DNA of 64,000 bases from Antedon mediterranea (GCF_964355755.1 NC_092676.1:12324771-12388770); one strand, 5' to 3'. Shown: positions 26,271 through 42,100, counted from the stretch's first letter. Made by a program: numbers and translations. The notes: generated by a model from the letters alone, not told the origin.

Positions 26271-29200
26271 AAATAACTTCAAATCGTATTTAGAGACGTT
26301 TTAGACCATTTTGTGCATTTTGATAAAACTTTTCACACAAAAACATCAAATTGCACAAAATAGCTTAATATCGTGTTTGAAAACGTTTTAAACCATTTTG
26401 AGCATGTCGATAAAACTTTTCACACAAAAACATCAAATTGCACAAAATAGCTTAATATCGTGTTTGAAAACGTTTTAAACCATTTTGAGAATGTCGATAA
26501 AACTTTTCACACAAAAATATCAAAGTGCACAGAATATCTTCAAATCGCATTTAGAGACGTTTTAGACCATTTTGTGCATTTCGAAAAAATTTGTTAACAT
26601 AAAAAGACCAAAGTGTTTAGAATATCTCCAAATCGCATTTGGAGACGTTTTAGACCATTTTGTGTTTTTCGAAAAAACTTTTCACACAAAAACATCAAAG
26701 TGTACAAAATTGCTTCAAATCGCATTTGGAGACGTTTTAGACCATTTTGTGATTTTCGAAAAACTTTTCACACAAAAACATCAAAGTGTAGAAAATTGCT
26801 TCAAATCGCATTTAGAGACGTTTTAGACCATTTTGTGCATTTCGAAAAAATTTGTTAACATAAAAAGACCAAAGTGTTTAGAATATTTCCAAATCGCATT
26901 TGGAGACGTTTTAGACCATTTTGTGCATTTCGATGAAACTTGGTTACACAAAAACATCAAAGTGCTTAAAATCACATTTAAAACCGTTTTAGAGCGTTTT
27001 GAGCATTTCGATAAACTTTTCACACAAAAACATCAAAGTGCACAAAATAGCATTTAGAGATGTTTTAGACCATTTTGTGCATTTCGATAAAACTTTTCAC
27101 ACAAAAACATCAAATTGCACAAAAAAGCTTAATACCGTGTTTGAAATCGTTTTAAACCAATTTGAGCATGTCGATAAAACTTTTCACACAAAAACATCAA
27201 AGTGCACAGAATATCTTCAAATCGCATTTAGAGACGTTTTAGACCATTTTGTGCATTTCGAAAAAATTTGTTAACATAAAAAGACCAAAGTGTTTAGAAT
27301 ATCTCCAAATCGCATTTGGAGACGTTTTAGACCATTTTGTGCATTTCGATGAAACTTGGTTACACAAAAACATCAAAGTGCTTAAAATCACATTTGAAAC
27401 CGTTTTAGAGAATTTTGAGCATTTCGATAAAACTTTTCACACAAAAACATCAAAGTGTACAAAATAGCTTCAAATCACATTTGAAACCGTTTTAGACCAT
27501 TTTGAGCATTTCGATAAAACTTTTCACACAAAAACATCAAAGTGTACAAAATAGCTTCAAATCGCATTTGGAGACGTTTTAGACCATTTTGTGCATTTCG
27601 ATGAAACTTGGTTACACAAAAACATCAAAGTGCTTAAAATCACATTTGAAATCGTTTTAGACCATTTTGAGCATTTCGATAAACTTTTCACACAAAAACA
27701 TCAAAGTGCACAAAATAGCTTCAAATCGCATTTAGAGATGTTTTAGAACATTTTGTGCATTTCGATAAAAATTTTCACACAAAAACATCAAATTGCACAA
27801 AAAAGCTTAATACCGTGTTTGAAATCGTTTTAAACCAATTTGAGCATGTCGATAAAACTTTTCACACAAAAACATCAAAGTGCACAGAATATCTTCAAAT
27901 CGCATTTAGAGACGTTTTAGACCATTTTGGGCATTTCGATGAAACTTGGTTACACAAATACATAAAAGTGCTTAAAATCACATTTAAAACCGTTTTAGAG
28001 CATTTTGAGCATTTCGATAAAACTTTTCACACAAAAACATCAAAGTGTACAAAATAGCTTCAAATCGCATTTAGAGAGGTTTTAGACCATTTTGTGCATT
28101 TCGATAAAACTTTTCACACAAAAACATCAAAGTGTACAAAATAACTTCAAATCGTATTTAGAGACGTTTTAGACCATTTTGTGCATTTTGATAAAACTTT
28201 TCACACAAAAACATCAAATTGCACAAAATAGCTTAATATCGTGTTTGAAAACGTTTTAAACCATTTTGAGCATGTCGATAAAACTTTTCACACAAAAACA
28301 TCAAATTGCACAAAATAGCTTAATATCGTGTTTGAAAACGTTTTAAACCATTTTGAGCATGTCGATAAAACTTTTCACACAAAAATATCAAAGTGCACAG
28401 AATATCTTCAAATCGCATTTAGAGACGTTTAAGAACCATTTTGTGCATTTCGAAAAAATTTGTTAACATAAAAAGACCAAAGTGTTTAGAATATCTCCAA
28501 ATCGCATTTGGAGACGTTTTAGACCATTTTGTGTTTTTCGAAAAAACTTTTCACACAAAAACATCAAAGTGTACAAAATTGCTTCAAATCGCATTTGGAG
28601 ACGTTTTAGACCATTTTGTGATTTTCGAAAAACTTTTCACACAAAAACATCAAAGTGTAGAAAATTGCTTCAAATCGCATTTAGAGACGTTTTAGACCAT
28701 TTTGTGCATTTCGAAAAAATTTGTTAACATAAAAAGACCAAAGTGTTTAGAATATTTCCAAATCGCATTTGGAGACGTTTTAGACCATTTTGTGCATTTC
28801 GATGAAACTTGGTTACACAAAAACATCAAAGTGCTTAAAATCACATTTAAAACCGTTTTAGAGCGTTTTGAGCATTTCGATAAACTTTTCACACAAAAAC
28901 ATCAAAGTGCACAAAATAGCATTTAGAGATGTTTTAGACCATTTTGTGCATTTCGATAAAACTTTTCACACAAAAACATCAAATTGCACAAAAAAGCTTA
29001 ATACCGTGTTTGAAATCGTTTTAAACCAATTTGAGCATGTCGATAAAACTTTTCACACAAAAACATCAAAGTGCACAGAATATCTTCAAATCGCATTTAG
29101 AGACGTTTTAGACCATTTTGTGCATTTCGAAAAAATTTGTTAACATAAAAAGACCAAAGTGTTTAGAATATCTCCAAATCGCATTTGGAGACGTTTTAGA

Positions 29201-29540
29201 CCATTTTGTGCATTTCGATGAAACTTGGTTACACAAAAACATCAAAGTGCTTAAAATCACATTTGAAACCGTTTTAGAGAATTTTGAGCATTTCGATAAA
29301 ACTTTTCACACAAAAACATCAAAGTGTACAAAATAGCTTCAAATCACATTGGAAACCGTTTTAGACCATTTTGAGCATTTCGATAAAACTTTTCACACAA
29401 AAACATCAAAGTGTACAAAATAGCTTCAAATCGCATTTGGAGACGTTTTAGACCATTTTGTGCATTTCGATGAAACTTGGTTACACAAAAACATCAAAGT
29501 GCTTAAAATCACATTTGAAATCGTTTTAGACCATTTTGAG
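25790..29540 (+). repeat. Local tandem duplication, period ~1868-1869 bp (approximate bounds)
   Basis: ORFs 25887->27755, 26572->28441 and 27249->29118. Shared variants are ataaaaattttc and gagaattttg. Confidence 0.88.
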
Positions 29541-29809
29541 CATTTCGATAAAACTTTTCACACAAAAAAATCAAAGTGCACAAAATAGCTTCAAATCGCA
29601 TTTGGAGACGTTTTAGACTATTTTGTGCATTTCGAAAAAATTTGTTAACATAAAAAGACCAAAGTGTTTAGAATATCTCCAAATCGCATTTGGAGACGTT
29701 TTAAACCATTTTGTGCATTTCGATGGAACTTGGTTACACAAAAACATCAAAGTGCTTAAAATCACATTTGAAACCGTTTTAGAGCATTTTTAGCATTTCG
29801 ATAATACTT

Positions 29810-31620
29810 TTCACACAAAAACATCAAAGTGTACAAAATAACTTCAAATCGCATTTAGAGACGTTTTAGACCATTTTGTGCATTTTGGTAAAACTTTTCA
29901 CACAAAAACATCAAATTGCACAAAATAGCTTAATATCGTGTTTGAAAACGTTTTAAACCATTTTGAGCATGTCGATAAAACTTTTCACATAAAAATATCA
30001 AAGTGCACAGAATAGCTTCAAATCGCATTTGGAGACGTTTTAGACCATTTTGTGCATTTTGGTAAAACTTTTCACACAAAAACATCAAATTGCACAAAAT
30101 AGCTTAATATCGTGTTTGAAAACGTTTTAAACCATTTTGAGCATGTCGATAAAACTTTTCACTCAAAAATATCAAAGTGCACAGAATATCTTCAAATCGC
30201 ATTTAGAGACGTTTTAGACCATTTTGTGCATTTTGAAAAAATTTGTTAACATAAAAAGACCAAAGTGTTTAGAATATCTCCAAATCGCATTTGGAGACGT
30301 TTTAGACCATTTTGTGTTTTTCGAAAAAACTTTTCACACAAAAACATCAAAGTGTACAAAATTGCTTCAAATCGCATTTGGAGACGTTTTAGACCATTTT
30401 GTGCATTTTGGTAAAACTTTTCACACAAAAACATCAAAATTCACAAAATAGCTTAATATCGTGTTTGAAAACGTTTTAAACCATTTTGAGCATGTCGATA
30501 AAACTTTTCACTCAAAAATATCAAAGTGCACAGAATATCTTCAAATCGCATTTAGAGACGTTTTAGACCATTTTGTGCATTTCGAAAAAAAATTGTTAAC
30601 ATAAAAAGACCAAAGTGTTTAGAATATCTCCAAATCGCATTTGGAGACGTTATAGACCATTTTGCGCATTTCGATGAAACTTGGTTGCACAAAAACATCA
30701 AAGTGCTTAAAATCACATTTAAAACCGTTTTAGAGCGTTTTGAGCATTTCGATAAACTTTTCAAACAAAAACATCAAAGTGTACAAAATAGCTTCAAATC
30801 GTATTTGGAGACGTTTTAGACCATTTTGTGCGTTTCGATGAATCTTGGTTACACAAAAACATCAAAGTGCTTAAAATCACATTTAAAACCGTTTTAGTGC
30901 ATTTTGAGCATTTCGATAAAACTTTTCACACAAAAACATCAAAGTGCACAAAATAGCTTCAAATCGCATTTAGAGATGTTTTAGACCATTTTGTGCGTTT
31001 CGATAAAACTTTTCACACAAAAACATCAAATTGCACAAAATAGCTTAATATCGTGTTTGAAAACGTTTTAGACCATTTTGAGCATGTCGATAAAACTTTT
31101 CACACAAAAACATAAAAGTGCACAAAATAGCTTCAAATCGCATTTAGAGATATTTTAGACCATTTTGTGCGTTTCGATAAAACTTTTCACACAAAAACAT
31201 CAAATTGCACAAAATAGCTTAATATCGTGTTTGAAAACGTTTTAGACCATTTTGAGCATGTCGATAAAACTTTTCACACAAAAACATAAAAGTGCACAGA
31301 ATAGCTTCAAATCGCATTTGGAGACGTTTTAGACCATTTTGTGCATTTCGAAAAAACTTTTTAACATAAAAACACCAAAGTGCTTAGAATAGCTTCAAAT
31401 CGCATTTGGAGACGTTTTAGACCATTTTGTGCATTTCGATGAAACTTGGTTACACAAAAACATCAAAGTGCTTAAAATCACATTTGAAACCGTTATAGAG
31501 CATTTTTAGCATTTCGATAAAACTTTTCACACAAAAACATCAAAGTGTACAAAATAGCTTCAAATCACATTTGAAACCGTTTTAGACCATTTTGAGCATT
31601 TCGATAAAACTTTTCACACA
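29810..31620 (+). repeat. Dispersed copy of the ~1.8-kb block at ~10030-11830 and ~49160-50960
   Basis: ORFs 10440, 30224 and 49569. Markers tttggtaaaa, aaaattcac, ttttgcgcat, gaatcttgg, ttagtgcatt and ccgttatagag occur in the same order. Confidence 0.85.
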
Positions 31621-34600
31621 AAAACATCAAAGTGTACAGAATAGCTTCAAATCGCATTTGGAGACGTTTTAGACCATTTTGTGCATTTCGATGAAACTTG
31701 GTTACACAAAAACATCAAAGTGCTTAAAATCACATTTGAAACCGTTTTAGAGCATTTTTAACATTTCGATAATACTTTTCACACAAAAACATCAAAGTGT
31801 ACAAAATAGCTTCAAATCACATTTGAAACCGTTTTAGACCATATTGAGCATTTCGATAAAACTTTTCACACAAAAACATCAAAGTGTACAAAATAGCTTC
31901 AAATCGCATTTGGAGACGTTTTAGACCATTTTGTGCATTTCGATGAAACTTGGTTACACAAAAACATCAAAGTGCTTAAAATCACATTTGAAAGCGTTTT
32001 AGAGCATTTTTAGCATTTCGATAATACTTTTCACACAAAAACATCAAAGTGCACAAAATAGCTTCAAATCGCATTTAGAGATGTTTTAGACCATTTTGTG
32101 CATTTCGATAAAACTTTTCACACAAAAACATCAAATTGCACAAAATAGCTTAATACCGTGTTTGAAATCATTTTAAACCATTTTGAGCATGTCGATAAAA
32201 CTTTTCACACAAAAACATCAAAGTGTTTAGAATATCTCCAAATCGCATTTGGAGACGTTTTAGACCATTTTGTGCATTTCGATGAAACTTGGTTACACAA
32301 AAACATCAAAGTGCTTAAAATCACATTTGAAACCGTTTTAGAGCATTTTGAGCATTTCGATAAAACTTTTCAAACAAAAACATCAAAGTGTACAAAATAG
32401 CTTCAAATCACATTTGAAACCGTTTTAGACCATTTTGAGCATTTCGATAAAACTTTTCACACAAAAACATCAAAGTGTACAAAATAGCTTCAAATCGCAT
32501 TTGGAGACGTTTTAGACCATTTTGTGCATTTCGATGAAACTTGGTTACACAAAAACATCAAAGTGCTTAAAATCACATTTGAAACCGTTTTAGAGCATTT
32601 TTAGCATTTCGATAATACTTTTCACACAAAACATCAAAGTGTACAAAATAGCTTCAAATCGCATTTGGAGACGTTTTAGACCATTTTGTGCATTTCGATG
32701 AAACTTGGTTACACAAAAACATCAAAGTGCTTAAAATCACATTTGAAACCGTTTTAGACCATTTTGAGCATTTCGATAAAACTTTTCACACAAAAAAATC
32801 AAAGTGCACAAAATAGCTTCAAATCGCATTTGGGGACGTTTTAGACTATTTTGTGCATTTCGAAAAAAATTGTTAACATAAAAAGACCAAAGTGTTTAGA
32901 ATATCTCCAAATCGCATTTGGAGACGTTTTAAACCATTTTGTGCATTTCGATGGAACTTGGTTACACAAAAACATCAAAGTGCTTAAAATCACATTTAAA
33001 ACCGTTTTAGAGCATTTTTAGCATTTCGATAAAACTTTTCACACAAAAACATCAAAGTGTACAAAATAGCTTCAAATCGCATTTAGAGAGGTTTTAGACA
33101 ATTTTGTGCATTTCGATAAAACTTTTCACACAAAAACATCAAAGTGTACAAAATAGCTTCAAATTGCATTTAGAGACGTTTTAGACCATTTTGTGCATTT
33201 CGATAAAACTTTTCACACAAAAACATCAAATTGCACAAAATCGTTTTAAACCATTTTAAATCGTTTTAAACCATTTTGAGCATGTCGATAAAACTTTTCA
33301 CAAAAAACATCAAAGTGCACAGAATAGCTTCAAATTGCATTTGGAGACGTTTTAGAGCATTTTGTGCATTTCGATAAAATGTGTTAACATAAAAAGACCA
33401 AAGTGTTTAGAATATCTTCAAATCACATTTGGAGACGTTTTAGAGCATTTTGAGCATTTCGATAAAACTTTTCACACAAAAACATCAAAGTGTACAAAAT
33501 AGCTTCAAATCGCATTTAGAGACGTTTTAGACCATTTTTTGCATTTCGATGAAACTTGGTTACACAAAAACATCAAAGTGCTTAAAATCACATTTAAAAC
33601 CGTTTTAGAGCATTTTTAGCATTTCGATAAAACTTTTCACACAAAAACATCAAAGTGTACAAAATAGCTTCAAATCGCATTTAGAGAGGTTTTAGACAAT
33701 TTTGTGCATTTCGATAAAACTTTTCACACAAAAACATCAAAGTGTACAAAATAGCTTCAAATTGCATTTAGAGACGTTTTAGACCATTTTGTGCATTTCG
33801 ATAAAACTTTTCACACAAAAACATCAAATTGCACAAAATCGTTTTAAACCATTTTAAATCGTTTTAAACCATTTTGAGCATTTCGATAAAACTTTTCACA
33901 AAAAACATCAAAGTGCACAGAATAGCTTCAAATTGCATTTGGAGACGTTTTAGAGCATTTTGTGCATTTCGATAAAATGTGTTAACATAAAAAGACCAAA
34001 GTGTTTAGAATATCTTCAAATCACATTTGGAGACGTTTTAGACCATTTTTTGCATTTCGATGAAACTTGGTTACACAAAAACATCAAAGTGCTTAAAATC
34101 ACATTTGAAACCGTTTTAGAGCATTTTGAGCATTTCGATAAAACTTTTCACACAAAAACATCAAAGTGTACAAAATAGCTTCAAATCGCATTTAGAGACG
34201 TTTTAGACCATTTTGTGCATTTCGAAAAAATTTGTTAACATAAAAAGACCAAAGTGTTTAGAATATCTCCAAATCGCATTTGGAGACGTTTTAGACCATT
34301 TTGTGCATTTCGATGAAACTTGGTTACACAAAAACATCAAAGTGCTTAAAATCACATTTGAAACCGTTTTAGAGCATTTTTAGCATTTCGATAATACTTT
34401 TCACACAAGAACATCAAAGTGTACAAAATAGCTTCAAATCGCATTTGGAGACGTTTTAGACCATTTTGTGCATTTCGATGAAACTTGGTTACACAAAAAC
34501 ATCAAGGTGCTTAAAATCACATTTGAAACCGTTTTAGACCATTTTGAGCATTTCGATAAAACTTTTCACACAAAAAAATCAAAGTGCACAAAATAGCTTA

Positions 34601-36754
34601 AAATCGCATTTGGAGACGTTTTAGACTATTTTGTGCATTTTGAAAAAATTTGTTAACATAAAAAGACCAAAGTGTTTAGAATATCTCCAAATCGCATTTG
34701 GAGACGTTTTAAACCATTTTGTGCATTTCGATGGAACTTGGTTACACAAAAACATCAAAGTGCTTAAAATCACATTTAAAACCGTTTTAGAGCATTTTGA
34801 GCATTTCGATAAAACTTTTCACACAAAAACATCAAAGTGTACAAAATAGCTTCAAATCGCATTTAGAGAGGTTTTAGACCATTTTGTGCATTTCGATAAA
34901 ACTTTACACACAAAAACATCAAAGTGTACAAAATAGCTTCAAATCGCATTTAGAGAGGTTTTAGACCATTTTGTGCATTTCGATAAAACTTTTCACACAA
35001 AAACATCAAATTGCACAAAATAGCTTAATATCGTGTTTGAAAACGTTTTAAACCATTTTGAGCATGTCGATAAAACTTTTCACACAAAAATATCAAAGCG
35101 CACAGAATATCTTCAAATCGCATTTAGAGACGTTTTAGACCATTTTGTGCATTTCGAAAAAATTTGTTAACATAAAATGACCAAAGTGTTTAGAATATCT
35201 CCAAATCGCATTTGGAGACGTTTTAGACCATTTTGTGCATTTCGATGAAACTTGATTACACAAAAACATCAAAGTGCTTAAAATCACATTTAAAACCGTT
35301 TTAGAGCGTTTTGAGCATTTCGATAAACTTTTCACACAAAAACATCAAAGTGCACAAAATAGCTTCAAATCGCATTTAGAGATGTTTTAGACCATTTTGT
35401 GCATTTCGATAAAACTTTTCACACAAAAACATCAAATTGCACAAAAAAGCTTAATACCGTGTTTGAAATCGTTTTAAACCAATTTCAGCATGTCGAAAAA
35501 ACTTTTCACACAAAAACATCAAAGTGCACAGAATATCTTCAAATCGCATTTAGAGACGTTTTAGACCATTTTGTGCATTTCGAAAAAATTTGTTAACATA
35601 AAAAGACCAAAGTGTTTAGAATATCTCCAAATCGCATTTGGAGACGTTTTAGACCATTTTGTGCATTTCGATAAAACTTGGTTACACAAAAACATCAAAG
35701 TGCTTAAAATCACATTTGAAACCGTTTTAGAGCATTTTGAGCATTTCGATAAAACTTTTCACACAAAAACATCAAAGTGTACAAAATAGCTTCAAATCAC
35801 ATTTGAAACCGTTTTAGACCATTTTGAGTATTTCGATAAAACTTTTCACACAAAAACATCAAAGTGTACAAAATAGCTTCAAATCGCATTTGGAGACGTT
35901 TTAGACCATTTTGTGCATTTCGATGAAACTTGGTTACACAAAAACATCAAAGTGCTTAAAATCACATTTGAAACCGTTTTAGAGCATTTTTAGCATTTCG
36001 ATAATACTTTTCACACAAAAACATCAAGGTGTACAAAATAGCTTCAAATCGCATTTGGAGACGTTTTAGACCATTTTGTGCATTTCGATGAAACTTGGTT
36101 ACACAAAAACATCAAAGTGCTTAAAATCACATTTGAAATCGTTTTAGACCATTTTGAGCATTTCGATAAAACTTTTCACACAAAAAAATCAAAGTGCACA
36201 AAATACCTTCAAATCGCATTTGGAGACGTTTTAGACTATTTTGTGCATTTCGAAAAAATTTGTTAACATAAAAAGACCAAAGTGTTTAGAATATCTCCAA
36301 ATCGCATTTGGAGACGTTTTAAATCATTTTGTGCATTTCGATGGAACTTGGTTACACAAAAACATCAAAGTGCTTAAAATCACATTTAAAACCGTTTTAG
36401 AGCATTTTGAGCATTTCGATAAAACTTTTCACACAAAAACATCAAAGTGTACAAAATAGCTTCAAATCGCATTTAGAGAGGTTTTAGACCATTTTGTGCA
36501 TTTCGATAAAACTTTACACACAAAAACATCAAAGTGTACTAAATAGCTTCAAATCGCATTTAGAGACGTTTTAGACCATTTTGTGCATTTCGATAAAACT
36601 TTTCACACAAAAACATCAAATTGCACAAAATAGCTTAATATCGTGTTTGAAAACGTTTTAAACCATTTTGAGCATGTCGATAAAACTTTTCACACAAAAA
36701 TATCAAAGTGCACAGAATATCTTCAAATCGCATTTAGAGACGTTTTAGACCATT

Positions 36755-38800
36755 TTGTGCATTTCGAAAAAATTTGTTAACATAAAAAGACCAAAGTGTT
36801 TAGAATATCTCCAAATCGCATTTGGAGACGTTTTAGACCATTTTGTGCATTTCGATGAAACTTGGTTACATAAAAACATCAAAGTGCTTAAAATCACATT
36901 TAAAACCGTTTTAGAGCGTTTTGAGCATTTCGATAAACTTTTCACACAAAAACATCAAAGTGCACAAAATAGCTTCAAATCGCATTTAGAGATGTTTTAG
37001 ACCATTTTGTGCATTTCGAAAAAACTTTTCACACAAAAACATCAAATTGCACACAATAGCTTAATACCGTGTGTGAAATCGTTTTAAACCATTTTGAGCA
37101 TGTCGATAAAACTTTTCACACAAAAACATCAAAGTGCACAGAATATCTTCAAATCGCATATAGAGACGTTTTAGACCATTTTGTGCATTTCGAAAAAATT
37201 TGTTAACATTAAAAGACCAATGTGTTTAGAATATCTCCAAATCGCATTTGGAGACGTTTTAGACCATTTTGTGCATTTCGATGAAACTTGGTTACACAAA
37301 AACATCAAAGTGCTTAAAATCACATTTGAAACCGTTTTAGAGCATTTTGAGCATTTCGATAAAACTTTTCACACAAAAACATCAAAGTGTACAAAATAGC
37401 TTCAAATCACATTTGAAACCGTTTTAGACCATTTTGAGCATTTCGATAAAACTTTTCACACAAAAACATCAAAGTGTACAAAATGGCTTCAAATCGCATT
37501 TGGAGACGTTTTAGAGCATTTTGAGCATTTCGATAAAACTTTTCACACAAAAACATCAAAGTGTACAAAATAACTTCAAATCGCATTTAGAGACGTTTTA
37601 GACCATTTTGTGCATTTTGATAAAACTTTTCACACAAAAACATCAAATTGCACAAAATAGCTTAATATCGTGTTTGAAAACGTTTTAAACCATTTTGAGC
37701 ATGTCGATAAAACTTTTCACATAAAAATATCAAAGTGCACAGAATAGCTTCAAATCGCATTTGGAGACGTTTTAGACCATTTTGTGCATTTTGATAAAAC
37801 TTTTCACACAAAAACATCAAATTGCACAAAATAGCTTAATATCGTGTTTGAAAACGTTTTAAACCATTTTGAGCATGTCGATAAAACTTTTCACTCAAAA
37901 ATATCAAAGTGCACAGAATATCTTCAAATCGCATTTAGAGACGTTTTAGACCATTTTGTGCATTTCGAAAAAATTTGTTAACATAAAAAGACCAAAGTGT
38001 TTAGAATATCTCCAAATCGCATTTGGAGACGTTTTAAACCATTTTGTGCATTTCGATGGAACTTGGTTACACAAAAACATCAAAGTGCTTAAGATCACAT
38101 TTAAAACCGTTTTAGAGCATTTTGAGCATTTCGATAAAACTTTTCACACAAAAACATCAAAGTGTACAAAATAGCTTCAAATCGCATTTAGAGAGGTTTT
38201 AGACCATTTTGTGCATTTCGATAAAACTTTACACACAAAAACATCAAAGTGTACAAAATAGCTTCAAATCGCATTTAGAGACGTTTTAGACCATTTTGTG
38301 CATTTCGATATAACTTTTCACACAAAAACATCAAATTGCACAAAATAGCTTAATATCGTGTTTAAAACCGTTTTTACCATTTTGAGCATTTCGATAAACT
38401 TTTCACACAAAAACATCAAAGTGCACAAAATAGCTTCAAATCGCATTTAGAGATGTTTTAGAACATTTTGTGCATTTCGATAAAATTTTTCACACAAAAA
38501 CATCAAATTGCACAAAAAACCTTAATACCGTGTTTGAAATCGTTTTAAACCAATTTGAGCATGTCGATAAAACTTTTCACACAAAAACATCAAAGTGCAC
38601 AGAATATCTTCAAATCGCATTTAGAGACGTTTTAGACCATTTTGGGCATTTCGATGAAACTTGGTTACACAAATACATAAAAGTGCTTAAAATCACATTT
38701 AAAACCGTTTTAGAGCATTTTGAGCATTTCGATAAAACTTTTCACACAAAAACATCAAAGTGTACAAAATAGCTTCAAATCGCATTTAGAGAGGTTTTAG
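36755..38800 (+). repeat. Dispersed ~2-kb copy of ~23487-25530 (offset 13268)
   Basis: ORFs 23487->36755, 23913->37181, 24688->37956 and 25202->38470. Confidence 0.85.
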
Positions 38801-39129
38801 ACCATTTTGTGCATTTCGATAAAACTTTTCACACAAAAACATCAAAGTGTACAAAATAACTTAAAATCGTATTTTGAGACGTTTTAGACCATTTTGTGCA
38901 TTTTGATAAAACTTTTCACACAAAAACATCAAATTGCACAAAATAGCTTAATATCGTGTTTGAAAACGTTTTAAACCATTTTGAGCATGTCGATAAAACT
39001 TTTCACACAAAAACATCAAATTGCACAAAATAGCTTAATATCGTGTTTGAAAACGTTTTAAACCATTTTGAGCATGTCGATAAAACTTTTCACACAAAAA
39101 TATCAAAGTGCACAGAATATCTTCAAATC

Positions 39130-42100
39130 GCATTTAGAGACGTTTTAGACCATTTTGTGCATTTCGAAAAAATTTGTTAACATAAAAAGACCAAAGTGTT
39201 TAGAATATCTCCAAATCGCATTTGGAGACGTTTTAGACCATTTTGTGTTTTTCGAAAAAACTTTTCACACAAAAACATCAAAGTGTACAAAATTGCTTCA
39301 AATCGCATTTGGAGACGTTTTAGACCATTTTGTGATTTTCGAAAAACTTTTCACACAAAAACATCAAAGTGTAGAAAATTGCTTCAAATCGCATTTAGAG
39401 ACGTTTTAGACCATTTTGTGCATTTCGAAAAAATTTGTTAACATAAAAAGACCAAAGTGTTTAGAATATTTCCAAATCGCATTTGGAGACGTTTTAGACC
39501 ATTTTGTGCATTTCGATGAAACTTGGTTACACAAAAACATCAAAGTGCTTAAAATCACATTTAAAACCGTTTTAGAGCGTTTTGAGCATTTCGATAAACT
39601 TTTCACACAAAAAAATCAAAGTGCACAAAATAGCATTTAGAGATGTTTTAGACCATTTTGTGCATTTCGATAAAACTTTTCACACAAAAACATCAAATTG
39701 CACAAAAAAGCTTAATACCGTGTTTGAAATCGTTTTAAACCAATTTGAGCATGTCGATAAAACTTTTCACACAAAAACATCAAAGTGCACAGAATATCTT
39801 CAAATCGCATTTAGAGACGTTTTAGACCATTTTGTGCATTTCGAAAAAATTTGTTAACATAAAAAGACCAAAGTGTTTAGAATATCTCCAAATCGCATTT
39901 GGAGACGTTTTAAACCATTTTGTGCATTTCGATGGAACTTGGTTACACAAAAACATCAAAGTGCTTAAAATCACATTTGAAACCGTTTTAGAGCATTTTT
40001 AGCATTTCGATAATACTTTTCACACAAAAACATCAAAGTGCACAAAATAGCTTCAAATCGCATTTAGAGATGTTTTAGACCATTTTGTGCATTTCGATAA
40101 AACTTTTCACACAAAAACATCAAATTGCACAAAATAGCTTAATACCGTGTTTGAAATCATTTTAAACCATTTTGAGCATGTCGATAAAACTTTTCACACA
40201 AAAACATCAAAGTTTTTAGAATATCTCCAAATCGCATTTGGAGACGTTTTAGACCATTTTGTGCATTTCGATGAAACTTGGTTACACAAAAACATCAAAG
40301 TGCTTAAAATCACATTTGAAACCGTTTTAGAGCATTTTGAGCATTTCGATAAAACTTTTCAAACAAAAACATCAAAGTGTACAAAATAGCTTCAAATCAC
40401 ATTTGAAACCGTTTTAGACCATTTTGAGCATTTCGATAAAACTTTTCACACAAAAACATCAAAGTGTACAAAATAGCTTCAAATCGCATTTGGAGACGTT
40501 TTAGACCATTTTGTGCATTTCGATAAAACTTTTCACACAAAAACATCAAATTGCACAAAATAGCTTAATATCGTGTTTAAAACCGTTTTTACCATTTTGA
40601 GCATTTCGATAAACTTTTCACACAAAAACATCAAAGTGCTTAAAATCACATTTGAAAGCGTTTTAGAGCATTTTTAGCATTTCGATAATACTTTTCACAC
40701 AAAAACATCAAAGTGTACAGAATAGCTTCAAATCGCATTTGGAGACGTTTTAGACCATTTTGTGCATTTCGATGAAACTTGGTTACACAAAAACATCAAA
40801 GTGCTTAAAATCACATTTGAAACCGTTTTAGAGCATTTTTAACATTTCGATAATACTTTTCACACAAAAACATCAAAGTGTACAAAATAGCTTCAAATCG
40901 CATTTGGAGACGTTTTAGACCATTTTGTGCATTTCGATGAAACCTTGTTACACAAAAACATCAAAGTGCTTAAAATCACATTTGAAAGCGTTTTAGAGCA
41001 TTTTTAGCATTTCGATAATACTTTTCACACAAAAACATCAAAGTGCACAAAATAGCTTCAAATCGCATTTAGAGATGTTTTAGACCATTTTGTGCATTTC
41101 GATAAAACTTTTCACACAAAAACATCAAATTGCACAAAATAGCTTAATACCGTGTTTGAAATCATTTTAAACCATTTTGAGCATGTCGATAAAACTTTTC
41201 ACACAAAAACATCAAAGTTTTTAGAATATTTCCAAATCGCATTTGGAGACGTTTTAGACCATTTTGTGCATTTCGATGAAACTTGGTTACACAAAAACAT
41301 CAAAGTGCTTAAAATCACATTTGAAACCGTTTTAGAGCATTTTGAGCATTTCGATAAAACTTTTCAAACAAAAACATCAAAGTGTACAAAATAGCTTCAA
41401 ATCACATTTGAAACCGTTTTAGACCATTTTGAGCATTTCGATTAAACTTTTCACACAAAAACATCAAAGTGTACAAAATAGCTTCAAATCGCATTTGGAG
41501 ACGTTTTAGACCATTTTTTGCATTTCGATGAAACTTGGTTACACAAAAACATCAAAGTGCTTAAAATCACATTTGAAACCGTTTTAGAGCATTTTGAGCA
41601 TTTCGATAAAACTTTTCACACAAAAACATCAAAGTGTACAAAATAGCTTCAAATCGCATTTAGAGACGTTTTAGACCATTTTGTGCATTTCGAAAAAATT
41701 TGTTAACATAAAAAGACCAAAGTGTTTAGAATATCTCCAAATCGCATTTGGAGACGTTTTAGACCATTTTGTGCATTTCGATGAAACTTGGTTACACAAA
41801 AACATCAAAGTGCTTAAAATCACATTTGAAACCGTTTTAGAGCATTTTTAGCATTTCGATAATACTTTTCACACAAAAACATCAAAGTGTACAAAATAGC
41901 TTCAAATCGCATTTGGAGACGTTTTAGACCATTTTGTGCATTTCGATGAAAGTTGGTTACACAAAAACATCAAAGTGCTTAAAATCACATTTGAAACCGT
42001 TTTAGACCATTTTGAGCATTTCGATAAAACTTTTCACACAAAAAAATCAAAGTGCACAAAATAGCTTCAAATCGCATTTGGAGACGTTTTAGACTATTTT

